A DNA stretch of 64,000 nt from an uncultured candidate division Zixibacteria bacterium (GCA_963817915.1 CAWFQL010000012.1:480001-544000), one strand, 5' to 3'. Positions 52,934 to 63,655 are shown, counted from the first letter of the stretch. Program-made: numbers and translations. The notes: generated from the letters alone by a model not told the origin.

Positions 52934-53479
52934 ATGAAAAAGTATTATGTCTTAATGATAATCCTGTTATTTGCATCATTCGCCAGAGCTCAGACTTATC
53001 GCATAGATTGGTATGTAATCGGTTCTGGCGGCGGTCATTCGCAATCATCTGGATATCAAATTGACGCCACTATAGGGCAGCCGATCGTCGGTTCATCGTC
53101 ATCAGCATCATACATTATCGATGGTGGCTTCTGGGCCGGCGGCGCTCAGGGCGGCGCATGCTCCTATGTCGTCGGCGATGCCAATAACAGCGCCACATTC
53201 AACGGCCTCGATGTTACCTATAGTGTCAACTATTTTCGGGGCGGGGCCGCGCCGCCATATTCCTGCGAATGCACCCCTGGTAACATCTGGTTTGTAGCTG
53301 GCGATGTCAACAACAGTTGTAGTTTCAATGGTCTCGATGTTACCTACATGGTGAATTACTTCAAGGGAGGTTTAAGCCCCAGACCATGCGCGCAATGTCC
53401 GCCGGCGAGGTTTGCCCCAGCTGTATTGCCGATTGTGGAGCCGATACAGAAAACAATCATTAGTGGCTCGAGTGATTAA
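52934..53479 (+). CDS. Small secreted protein 1: IDWYVIGSGGG domain plus dockerin
   Basis: Signal peptide; QTYRIDWYVIGSGGGHSQS..TIGQP..GFW; duplicated GD(A/V)NNS..FNGLDVTY.VNYF. Confidence 0.85.
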   Translation: MKKYYVLMIILLFASFARAQTYRIDWYVIGSGGGHSQSSGYQIDATIGQPIVGSSSSASYIIDGGFWAGGAQGGACSYVVGDANNSATFNGLDVTYSVNYFRGGAAPPYSCECTPGNIWFVAGDVNNSCSFNGLDVTYMVNYFKGGLSPRPCAQCPPARFAPAVLPIVEPIQKTIISGSSD

Positions 53480-53508
53480 TAAATGTAAAATTTGACATCT
53501 ATTTTGAT

Positions 53509-53536
53509 AAGGCGGCCTGCCTTGGCCGCCTTTTTT
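53509..53536 (+). terminator. Intrinsic terminator
   Basis: aaggcggcc-tgcctt-ggccgcctt then tttt. Confidence 0.85.
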
Positions 53537-53540
53537 ATAC

Positions 53541-53588
53541 ATAATGATAATTGTTCTTACTTGACATAAAACTATATAATAGTATATT
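53541..53588 (+). promoter_or_regulatory. Promoter of fibre 2 with abutting Fur-box-like element
   Basis: ataatgataattgttcttac directly before TTGACA(53561)-16bp-TATATT. Confidence 0.5.
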
Positions 53589-53816
53589 TAACCTATATTC
53601 TTCTGACGGACCCCAGCCGTTGAAGATAATTGTTTTTACAAATTAATATCCATTTTTTGAGGGATATCTTCATCCTGAAAATGAATGAAACAATTTTGCA
53701 AATTATGATCCCAAGCATTATGGCGAATAATCTAATTTTAATACAATCATAAGAAATAAGCGCAAAATATGAATATTTTCAATTTGAAAAAAACCAATTT
53801 TAACGGGAGAGACGCA

Positions 53817-56807
53817 ATGAAAATCGCGAAAACAATTTTACTGACAGTATGTGCATTAGTGGCAATGTACACATTCATTTTTGCCGCTGACGCGGGTAAG
53901 ATCGGTTCTTCGGGTAAGCCGGGAGACGCAATCACCTCGGTGCCGCGCACTTTAACTTATCAGGGAATTCTCAAAAACAATACCGGCCAGCCGGTTGCCA
54001 ATGACACGCTCATGGTCACGTTTAGGATTTTCGACCAATTGGCCGGCGGGACTATCTTCTGGAATCGCGATATCAGCGTTCACACTGATGCCCAGGGGAT
54101 GTTCACCGCATTGCTTCCTGAAATGAACCTGTCATTCGGTAACGACTACTATCTTGAGATGCAGATCGATGTAGCGGGCCCCATGACTCCGCGCCAGATG
54201 CTGACCATGTCTCCTTATGCCGCTCGTTCAGATACTGCGGATTTTGCGGCTAACGCTTCCTCCAACTGGACTGTGAGCAATTCTGTTATTCAGACCAGCA
54301 ACTATTGGGGAATAGCCCGCGGCAATGCTGGCAATGTGTTATTAGGTGATAGCGCTCGTACGATGGTGAATCTCGGCGTCGCCTGTACCACGGGAACCAT
54401 CAGCTATAGTCCATCTTTTTCTACAGTTGGCGGTGGTTTGGGAAATTCTGCCGGCGGCGAATTTGCAAATGTTAGCAGTGGGCATAATAATACAGCCGGG
54501 GGCTCGTCAGCTTCTATCGGAGGCGGTAGTGGCAATAATGCCAGCGGCGGGGCATCCGTGATCGCCGGAGGGTACAGCAATACTGCCGGCGGCCCGAATT
54601 CTACGGTCGCAGGGGGGAATAGCAACACCGCCCCTGGTCAGAACGCTACCGTAGGCGGCGGCGGTAACAATTTTGCTAATGGCAACAACTCCACCGTTGG
54701 CGGGGGATGGTATAACATTACCAACGGCGATTCGAGCTTCGTAGGCGGCGGTCTTCACAATAGTATCCACGGCGTTGGTGGCACAATTGGCGGCGGAAGG
54801 GCAAATACTGTTTCAATGGAATATAGTGCCATTACTGGCGGAGAATTAAACAACGCCAATAGCTATAATGACTTTATCGGTGGCGGTTATGGGAATACCG
54901 TCAATGGTGGCCATAGTGTCATAGGTGGCGGAGGTAATAATATCGTAAATGGCTCCCAAAGCGTGATAGTCGGAGGAAGCCAAAATATCGCTGATTCTTC
55001 AAATTCATTTATTGGCGGCGGAGCATATAATCATGCGTCCGGACACTATAGTACAATCGCAGGAGGGGGGGCTAATAGCGCCTTGGGATCGAGGAGCACC
55101 ATTGGCGGCGGAAGATATAATTCCGCTGGAGATACAGCTTTTGTCGGAGGGGGATCTTATAATAACGCGTCGGGGATAAGTAGTACTATCGGGGGTGGTT
55201 CATCAAATACCGCAAGCGGCCCCAATGCTACCATTAGCGGCGGCCAGAGCAACGCTGCAACCGGGCCGTACGGTACCGTTGGTGGAGGCATACGGTAATA
55301 TAGCCAATGCAAGGTCCGCCATTGCTGGAGGAACTGGCAATATGGCTCTTGAGCAGGAGGTCTCTATTGGTGGAGGGGCTAACAACACAGCCAATGGTTT
55401 TAGAAGCACAATTGCCGGCGGTGCTATTAATACGGCCTCGGGCAATTACAGTATTGTGAGCGGAGGACTCCAGAATAACGTCGGCGGAGCTTTCGCGGGC
55501 GTAGCTTCAGGATGGCAAAACACTGCAGGAGATGCCGCAAGTGATACAGGCGCATTCGTTGGTGGGGGTCGATCCAATTCCGCAACAGGAATGTACAGCA
55601 CAATCTGCGGAGGCAGTGGCAATCTATGCAGTTGGGCAATAGTAGCCGACAGTGGCAGGGGGAGGATAGTAATTACGTAGCAAGATTCCAGTTTGCAATA
55701 TCGGTGGGGGTAGCTATAATCGCGCAACCGGTGATTCGAGTTTCGTAGGCGGCGGCGGCCACAACATTGCCGGCGGAAATAGCAGCACGGTGAGTGGCGG
55801 CCGAAACAATAGCGCAAGCGGCGACGCGAGCACTATCGGCGGTGGTGAAATTAATACTGCGAGTAGCGCAGGCGCTGCAATAGGCGGTGGGGGCGGTAAT
55901 ACTGCAAGCGCTATGTATAGCTATATTGGCGGCGGCGCTGCCAATTACGCCCCAGGTAAATTTGCCGCGGTTAGCGGCGGATGTACCAATTCGGCCACCG
56001 GTGACTCGAGTTTCGTGGGTGGCGGTAGTAATAATACTGCCAGCGGAGTTGGCAGCTACTGTCGGAGGAGGTCCAACACCAGATGCAATGCTAGCGGCGG
56101 ACAATAGGCGCTACAATCGAGCGGTGGCGTAAACAATGCTGCCAGCCTGGATTATGCAACGGTAAGCGGTGGTGTCATACAATAACTGCCAACGGCCAAT
56201 ATTCTGTGATAGGTGGCGGAACCAACAATACGGCCAGTGGCACAGCACTCTACTGTATGTGGGGGAGACGGCAATGTTGTCAGCGGGCGGCTGTAAGTAT
56301 GGCTTTTGGGAGTGTGTTCATCTACTAACATTCACTTGCGGTTGGCTTATTCGAATCCAGCGAATTCAGGTCGTCTTGGGCGTAAATCGCGATGACAATG
56401 ATGGTGGAATAAATTACCCAATTCACGTTGGCACGAGTACTTCCAACGGCAATGGCGCTTATCTGACAGCAGGCGGTGTTTGGACTAATGGCTCCTCGCG
56501 CACCTTCAAAGAGAATTTCACTCCATTTAATGGCTCTGAATTGCTCTCCAAAATTTCGAATTTATCGATTACCACATACAATTACAAAAATAGCGCTGAG
56601 AAGCATGTCGGCCCCGTGGCTGAAGATTTTGTGGGTGCGTTCGATACTGGCGTGATCCGCGAATCCGACAGCAAACGCGATGACATGTATCTGTCCTCCG
56701 GAGACGTAGCAGGTGTAGCATTGGCCGGAGTGCAGGAATTGATAAAGAAGATTGAGCAGTTAGAAAAAGAAATAGCGGAACTGAAAGCCCAGCAGGGAAA
56801 GAGGTAA
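53817..56807 (+). CDS. Secreted fibre-like protein 2: YQ-domain, long 15-aa Gly-rich repeat stalk, S74 chaperone; several frameshifts at about 55290-56370
   Basis: GGGAG RBS, signal peptide, LTYQGILKN; STxGGGxxNxA repeats; NGSSRTFKENF..HVGPVAEDF..ALAGVQEL. Confidence 0.8.
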
Positions 56808-56811
56808 TTTT

Positions 56812-57369
56812 ATGATCAATAAAATTTTGATTTTGATAGCAATTTGTTCTCCCCTATGCTTGGCCCAGAACTATCAGATTGACTGGTATGTCATCGGATC
56901 TGGCGGAGGCCATAGTCAATCATCTAATTATCAAATTGACGGCACCATTGGCCAGCCGATTGTGGGACAATCTTCTTCGGCAAATTATCAAGTCGACGCC
57001 GGTTTTTGGGTAGGCGGCGCTCAGGGCGGCGGATGCTCGTATGTTGTCGGCGACGCCAATAATAGCGCCACATTCAATGGTCTCGATGTCACTTACAGTG
57101 TAAATTATTTCAAGGGCGGGGCCGCGCCGCCATATTCCTGCGAATGCACTCCTGGTAACACCTGGTTTGTCGCTGGCGATGTCAACAATAGCTGCAGCTT
57201 CAATGGCCTTGATGTTACCTATATGGTCAATTACTTCAAAGGTGGAGCCGGGCCGATAGCATGCGCGCAATGTCCGCCGGGTGGAATTGCAGCATCTCCG
57301 GCAGTAATAACGCCGTCTGGTACACAGGCCAATGATAAGCCGAATATGGAACAGGGCTCCAGTAAATAG
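56812..57369 (+). CDS. Small secreted protein 2: IDWYVIGSGGG domain plus dockerin
   Basis: Same architecture as 52934-53479; starts 4 nt after fibre stop. Confidence 0.87.
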   Translation: MINKILILIAICSPLCLAQNYQIDWYVIGSGGGHSQSSNYQIDGTIGQPIVGQSSSANYQVDAGFWVGGAQGGGCSYVVGDANNSATFNGLDVTYSVNYFKGGAAPPYSCECTPGNTWFVAGDVNNSCSFNGLDVTYMVNYFKGGAGPIACAQCPPGGIAASPAVITPSGTQANDKPNMEQGSSK

Positions 57370-57393
57370 AATTATATAATCAAATTTACAATC

Positions 57394-57434
57394 AGGCCGG
57401 GATCATTAGAATATGGTTTCGGCCTTATTTTATT
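57394..57434 (+). terminator. Probable intrinsic terminator
   Basis: aggccgggatcat/atggtttcggcct stem then tattttatt. Confidence 0.65.
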
Positions 57435-57594
57435 CAAATGTAATACAATTCTATAAAAGCTGTTTTGACATTACTAATTTATTAAAAGATAACAAAAAAT
57501 ACTTGACAATATAGAGGCCATTGCCTACATAAAGGTGTCCGACATTATAAGTATTAGTAAAATAGTTGAAATCTTAATATCCGGAGGCCTCACC

Positions 57595-59001
57595 ATGTTA
57601 AAGAAAGCCGTTGTTATTTGGTTGATGTGCTTAGCGTCCTTTGCATTCGGACAGCAAATTTTGTTTATCCCCGCTGGTAGTTATGAAGTGGGTATCCAAC
57701 CCTATGCGGTATTTTCTGCTGACCTTGACGGAAATGGGAATGATGACTTAGCAATAGCAAATTATGGTTCAAATAGCGTAACTATCCTCAAGAACAATGG
57801 CGATGGAGCTTTTCAGCAACCTGTAAATTATCCAGTGGGAAGTGAACCTATATCAGTACTTGCGGCCGATCTTAATGGGGACGGAGATAACGACCTTGCC
57901 GTGTCTTATCTTAATTCCAATTGCGTTTCCATACTTATGAATAACGGTGACGGGATTTTTCAGGATACCATCAATTATGTCGCCGGAAATTCAGAATTTC
58001 CATTAATTGCGGCCGATTTTGATGGGGACGGGAATAAGGATTTAGCTATCACAAAAGCCGGTGCACACGGCATTAGCATTTTGTATAATGGCGGAAATGG
58101 TATTTTTCAGAATGCTGTCAATGTTGAGATAGGGGAACGGGCAACCTGTGGTTTTGCCGCTGATCTCGATGGAGATAGTGATATGGACATTGCGGTGGGA
58201 TGTCAAGATTCTCATAGAGTTTCAATTCTGCGTAACAGCGGGAACAGAACTTTCGAACCACCGATTTTTTTCGCAGCAGGAGATTATCCCGTTTCTATCT
58301 TCGCCGCGGATTTTGACGGTAATGGAACTAATGACCTTGCAATCGGAAATGCATACTCAAGCGATATTTCCATTCTGCTTAATAACGGGGATGCGACATT
58401 TAATACACCCATCAATTATGGCGGGGGAAATGGTCCATATACATTGTTTGCGGCCGATTTTGACGGTGACGGAGATTATGATTTGGCAACAGCATGGCAG
58501 CAAGCAGTTTCGGTATTAAGGAATTACGGTAACGGCACTTTCCAAGAAAGAACCACCTTTGGAACTGGTGGGTGGCCGTTTTCTGTCTATGCTGCCGATT
58601 TCAATGGAGATGGGGTAAAGGATCTAGCTTATACAGACTACGACTATAATACCGTCTCTATCAGATTTGGCAGTGGTAGTATTGGTTGTTTGTACACGGT
58701 CGGCGATGCCAACGGAAGCGGCATCTTCAATGGTCTCGATGTAACCTACAGCGTCAATTATTTCCGAGGCACTGGCAATTTGCCCCCTAATTTCTGCGAA
58801 TGCCATCCTCTTAACGGTCTGTTTGTATCGGGCGATGTCAACAACAGCTGTAGCTTCAATGGCCTGGACGTAACCTACATGGTGAATTATTTCAAGGGCG
58901 GGGCGGCGCCTATGCCTTGTGCGAGTTGTTCGCCGGCGGGAGCAATACCGCCTTTAAAAGTGCCGGGTGAGAAAGCCATCGAGAGTGGCGTAAGTGATTG
59001 A
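57595..59001 (+). CDS. Secreted FG-GAP/VCBS beta-propeller protein with C-terminal dockerin
   Basis: GGAGG RBS, signal peptide, seven AD(L/F)(D/N)G(D/N)..D(L/I)A repeats, GDANGSGIFNGLDVTYSVNYF. Confidence 0.9.
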   Translation: MLKKAVVIWLMCLASFAFGQQILFIPAGSYEVGIQPYAVFSADLDGNGNDDLAIANYGSNSVTILKNNGDGAFQQPVNYPVGSEPISVLAADLNGDGDNDLAVSYLNSNCVSILMNNGDGIFQDTINYVAGNSEFPLIAADFDGDGNKDLAITKAGAHGISILYNGGNGIFQNAVNVEIGERATCGFAADLDGDSDMDIAVGCQDSHRVSILRNSGNRTFEPPIFFAAGDYPVSIFAADFDGNGTNDLAIGNAYSSDISILLNNGDATFNTPINYGGGNGPYTLFAADFDGDGDYDLATAWQQAVSVLRNYGNGTFQERTTFGTGGWPFSVYAADFNGDGVKDLAYTDYDYNTVSIRFGSGSIGCLYTVGDANGSGIFNGLDVTYSVNYFRGTGNLPPNFCECHPLNGLFVSGDVNNSCSFNGLDVTYMVNYFKGGAAPMPCASCSPAGAIPPLKVPGEKAIESGVSD

Positions 59002-59034
59002 ATACTAAAGAGATAATAATTGTTTTTACACAGG

Positions 59035-59058
59035 GCGGTCCTTGGGGCCGCTTTTTTT
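59035..59058 (+). terminator. Intrinsic terminator
   Basis: gcggtcc-ttg-gggccgc then 7 T. Confidence 0.8.
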
Positions 59059-59070
59059 AATCTTTATTCC

Positions 59071-59118
59071 TTATTGATAGTTATTCCTACTTGACAAAAA
59101 ACGAATCTTATATATTTT
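59071..59118 (+). promoter_or_regulatory. Promoter of fibre 3, homologous to fibre 2 promoter
   Basis: ttattgatagttattcctac directly before TTGACA(59091)-16bp-TATTTT. Confidence 0.5.
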
Positions 59119-59356
59119 AAAAGCATATTCCTCAGCAGGTTCATTGGCCTGCGCTCTTGAACATTTTGAAAATGTAACGACCATGATTTTAAGGCATATC
59201 TGTATTGATATCACAAGGATTTTATCTGTGTATCGATTCAAAGAACCTGATGGCGTATTTTTCAGTTTAGTAACGAGCATATGGAATATCAATGTCGACT
59301 AATCTGCCAAAATGAAATTTAATATCCTTCATGAGTTGCAACAAGGGAGAAAGAAA

Positions 59357-61525
59357 ATGAAGATTTCGAAACTGTTCTCGATTTTTATTTTTGCCACCAT
59401 TATTTTCGCTGATAATTCACTACTAGCTGGAAATCTTGGCAAAAATAAATTTGACGAATCATTCATAAACACTATTACCAATTTTGCAATACAGCGCATC
59501 TTGACTTATCAGGGTATCTTGAAGGACAATTTGGGAAATCCAGTTCCCGATGCCTCATATAATATTGTATTCAGAATTTACAGTACTTCAGTAGGCGGTT
59601 CGGCACTTTGGGGCAGCCCGTCAGTACAGGTAACAACGAATCACGGGCTATTCTCAACCTCAATTGGTCCGATATCACTGCCGTTCGATACCCCGTACTA
59701 CTTGTCTCTGCAGGTCGGTGCGGATCCCGAAATGGCGCAAAGACAGACATTGACCATGACTCCATACTCCGCCAGTGCGGATTCAGCCAATCACTCTATT
59801 TCATCTGATACCAGTACAACAGCTCGCAACGTTCTGGATAATAGCATCACCAGCGCGAAAATAGTTAATGGCACGATCCTATTTACAGATATCGCTCAAA
59901 ATGGAGCGATCAAGCGGTCAGGTGATGAAATGGAACGGTGCGTCTTGGGTGGCCAGTAACGATTCCATCGGCGGCGGAAGCGGCAATACAGGCTGGGTAG
60001 ATGCAGGGACGATAGTATCTTTATCAAGCCTGGGCGATTCGGTTGGCATCGGCACTTCGGCTCCCACAGCCAAGCTTCAAATTGAAGGAACACTAAAAGT
60101 CGCAGACAAGGCCAATATCGGGCCGTCTAATACAAACGCAGGATTGAACGCCTTCGTAGCCGGATCGCAAAATATTGCCAGCGCAAATTATAGTACTGTC
60201 GGAGGAGGGCAAAATAACTCGGCTCAGGCGATATATGGCTCCATAAACGGCGGGAATAGTAACAATGTTGGCGGAAGCTACGGCACGGTAAGCGGTGGGC
60301 TTGGTAATAATGCCGCAAATAATTATAGCGCAATCGGCGGCGGTTTCGAGAATTCGGGAGACGGAGAATATAGCTCTATAAGCGGGGGATACCAGAATAC
60401 CAGCGCAGGTTTAGTGGGGGCCATATCAGGAGGACAGGGTAACACTACCAACGCTTATGCCGATTTTATCGGCGGCGGAGCCTTTAATTCTGTTTATGGC
60501 CTTACCGGTACTATTTGCGGAGGTCAGCAGAATCTTGTCAGCAATGACCATGGCACGATCGGCGGCGGAATGGCGGATACGGTCATGGGGGTCTTCGGCG
60601 GAGTAGCTTCGGGATATTCCAATCTTGCCGGTGATGCGGCGACAGATTCGGGAGCATTTGTGGGTGGCGGTTACAATAATTCGGCGATGGCGTTTAATTC
60701 AATTGTCGTAGGCGGATACAATAATACGGCCGCCGGTGATAATTCAATTGTCAGCGGAGGTTATAATAATTCCGCGACAGGAGCCAATTCGACCGTAGCG
60801 GGCGGAAATTCTAATTCAGCTACAGGCGGCACTTCTGCTATTGGCGGCGGAACTAATAATGTCGCGAGCATCGATTGCGCTGTTGTCACGGGGGGGTGCT
60901 TCAATACGGTTTTGGGGAGCAGTTCCGCAATTTGCGGCGGTGTTCAAAACTATGTCAGCGGAACTGCCAGCGTTATTACCGGCGGAGCCTTTAATCATAT
61001 ACTTGCTGATTACGTAATGGCCTTTGGCGGCAATGTCCGCATTACCAACCCATATCGGATCGGCTTTTTTAATTCGATTTCGCCGGGGCGTCTCGGGCTA
61101 AATCGGGATGATAATGACGGCGGCATAAATTATCCGATTACTGTGGGCACGAATACTTTCAATGGCAACGGAGCCTATCTGACTGCGGGCGGCGTCTGGA
61201 CCAATGGCTCTTCGCGGACATTCAAAGAGAATTTTACGCCATTCAATGGCTCATGAATTGCTTTCCAAAATATCAAATCTATCGATTACTACATACAATT
61301 ACAAAAATACACCGAGAAGCACATCGGCCCTGATGGCCGAGGATTTTGTCGGGGCATTCGATACCGGCGTCATCCGCGAATCCGACGGCAAGCGCGATGA
61401 TATGTACTCTATCGTCCGGAGACGTGGCAGGCGTTGCATTGGCCGGAGTGCAGGAATTGATAAAGAAGATTGAGCAGTTGGAAAAAGAAATAGCGGAGCT
61501 GAAAGCTCAGCAGGGAAAGAGGTAA
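59357..61525 (+). CDS. Secreted fibre-like protein 3: YQ-domain, 15-aa Gly-rich repeats, S74 chaperone; frameshifts near 59910 and 61250-61415
   Basis: GGGAG RBS, signal peptide, LTYQGILKD, GQVMKWNG, GIGT..P..KL, NGSSRTFKENF; 3' end nearly identical to fibre 2. Confidence 0.8.
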
Positions 61526-61529
61526 TTTT

Positions 61530-62090
61530 ATGATTAAGAAAATTTTGCTTTATATACTTATTAACGCTCCGCTCTGCCTGGCCCAGAACTATCGTATCGA
61601 CTGGTATGTCATCGGATCTGGCGGAGGCCATAGTCAATCATATAATTATCAGATTGACGGCACCATCGGCCAGCCAATAGTAGGACAATCATCTTCAGCA
61701 AACTATCAAGTCGATGCAGGTTTTTGGGTTGGGTTTGCCAGCCCGCATGGCGGCTGCGTTTATGTTGTAGGGGATGCTAACAATAGTGCCACATTCAACG
61801 GTCTCGACGTTACCTACAGCGTCAATTATTTCAAGGGCGGCGCCGCGCCTCCATACAGCTGCGAATGCACACCGGGCAATACATGGTTCGTCTCCGGCGA
61901 TGTCAACAACAGCTGCAGCTTCAATGGCCTTGATGTCACTTACATGGTAAATTATTTCAAGGGTGGAGCAGGCCCTATGCCTTGCGCCGATTGTCCCCCG
62001 GCGGGAATTGCAGTATCTGCAGGCTCAACATTACCAACTGATGCACAAATACCAATTAAGCCAAATATTACACTGAGCCCCAGCAAGTAA
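61530..62090 (+). CDS. Small secreted protein 3: IDWYVIGSGGG domain plus dockerin
   Basis: Same architecture as copies 1 and 2; starts 4 nt after fibre stop. Confidence 0.87.
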   Translation: MIKKILLYILINAPLCLAQNYRIDWYVIGSGGGHSQSYNYQIDGTIGQPIVGQSSSANYQVDAGFWVGFASPHGGCVYVVGDANNSATFNGLDVTYSVNYFKGGAAPPYSCECTPGNTWFVSGDVNNSCSFNGLDVTYMVNYFKGGAGPMPCADCPPAGIAVSAGSTLPTDAQIPIKPNITLSPSK

Positions 62091-62112
62091 AAATTGATAT
62101 TAGTTTATATTC

Positions 62113-62148
62113 GGGCCGGAATCATCCTAAGGCGATTCCGGCCTTTTC
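62113..62148 (+). terminator. Intrinsic terminator
   Basis: ggccggaatc ... gattccggcc then tttt. Confidence 0.8.
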
Positions 62149-62321
62149 ATATTTAAAACATGCATATTGGATACCATATTTATCCAATAAAACCAAGATA
62201 TGTGTTGACAGATTGCAGCATAGGTTATATTTTATAATGCGAACATAATTCTAATGCCTTCTTGGCCTCTTTGAATGAACCTAAAAAAAATAAAACAAAA
62301 AAACAAAATTGTGGAGACCTT

Positions 62322-63569
62322 ATGAAGAGGATAGCTTCAAATTTGGGAAAGTTTGTGCTTCTGATTTTTGCCGGTGTCTTATTAATACCGGTTTTTTTAT
62401 CCGCTCAAAATCTTGAATTTATGTCAAGTTACGCATTGCCAGATGGTGCGTATGGGATCACTTTGGTCAATAATCTTGCGTATATCGCCAATGATATCAA
62501 TGGTATTCAGATACTGGATATTACCGACCCTTACAATCCCTCTGGAGTAGGCAGCTATGACACGCCGGGGTTTACTAGAAACTTGGTTGTTTCCGCAAAT
62601 TATGCCTATGTGGCCGATGGTGAAGGCATTGTGATTCTCGATATTTCCAATCCCGCGGCTCCAGGCTTTGTGGGCTCGAGAGCCCTGGGCGGCACAGCGC
62701 TCACTGTTGCTCTTTCGGGTAATTACCTCTATGTGGCCAATGGATACAACGGCATGATGGTTATTGACGTTTCCAATCCTGCTGATCCGACTACTGCCGG
62801 TTTTTACAGTTCTTTTGGATATCTCATGGGAGTTTGCGTGCAGGGCAATTATGCATTCGTCACGGCGAATTATACCGAGCCCGATTATGGCCAGCTCATA
62901 GTATTAGATATTAGCAATCCGGCCAATCCCACCTGGATGGGGGATGTTAATATTAATTATGCGGGCGCCTACGGAGTCAGCATTTCGGGCGATTATGCTT
63001 TTGTGGGAGCATTTACCTATGGCATGCGAATATTTGATATTTCCTACCCGCCTTCACCCGCAATTTCCAGCGCGTATGATACGCCAGGCTCCTGCAAGCA
63101 TATATTCTCAGTTGGCAATTATGCCTTTGCAGCCGATGGTCTCTCAGGCATTGAAATGTTCGATATCACCGATCGAAACTACCCAATATTGCTTGATAGT
63201 GTCGATACGCCCGGCAATGCTTACGATGTCATTGCTGCAGGCGAATATGTTTATATAGCAGATGAATCATCCATGGAAATCTACAAAATCACGCAGGCCC
63301 AGCCGCCAACATGCAGCTATGTCACTGGTGATATTAATGGAAGCAATACCCTAAATGGGCTGGATGTAACCTACGGCGTTAACTATTTTAGGGGCGGCGC
63401 TGAGCCTCCATATACATGTGAATGTACTCCCGGCAATATCTGGTTTGTAGCAGGCGATGTCAACGCTAGCTGTTCCTTCAACGGCCTCGATATTACCTGG
63501 ATGGTAAATTACTTTAGGGGCGCTGAGCCTCCGATGTCATGTCCAGATTGCCCGTCAGCGCGCCGCTGA
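62322..63569 (+). CDS. Secreted LVIVD-repeat beta-propeller protein with C-terminal dockerin
   Basis: GGAG RBS, signal peptide, repeated YAYVA..G..I(L/F)DIS(N)P..P..VGSYDTPG, GDINGSNTLNGLDVTYGVNYF. Confidence 0.9.
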   Translation: MKRIASNLGKFVLLIFAGVLLIPVFLSAQNLEFMSSYALPDGAYGITLVNNLAYIANDINGIQILDITDPYNPSGVGSYDTPGFTRNLVVSANYAYVADGEGIVILDISNPAAPGFVGSRALGGTALTVALSGNYLYVANGYNGMMVIDVSNPADPTTAGFYSSFGYLMGVCVQGNYAFVTANYTEPDYGQLIVLDISNPANPTWMGDVNINYAGAYGVSISGDYAFVGAFTYGMRIFDISYPPSPAISSAYDTPGSCKHIFSVGNYAFAADGLSGIEMFDITDRNYPILLDSVDTPGNAYDVIAAGEYVYIADESSMEIYKITQAQPPTCSYVTGDINGSNTLNGLDVTYGVNYFRGGAEPPYTCECTPGNIWFVAGDVNASCSFNGLDITWMVNYFRGAEPPMSCPDCPSARR

Positions 63570-63610
63570 TAAGCCTCAATCCAAAGTAATTGGTTTTCTT
63601 TAAATAACTA

Positions 63611-63655
63611 TCCGGCTTCGACTCTGGGAACCACCAGTGCCGAAGCCGGATTTAT
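63611..63655 (+). terminator. Probable terminator hairpin
   Basis: tccggcttcg ... cgaagccgga then tttat. Confidence 0.65.

Noticed and set aside
51246..61525. Prophage or tailocin tail-fibre locus
   Set aside because: Fibres have signal peptides; no baseplate, sheath, tube, capsid, integrase or lysis genes
56380..62000. Diversity-generating retroelement TR/VR pair
   Set aside because: Differences are synonymous and not adenine-specific; both copies are coding; no reverse transcriptase in the window
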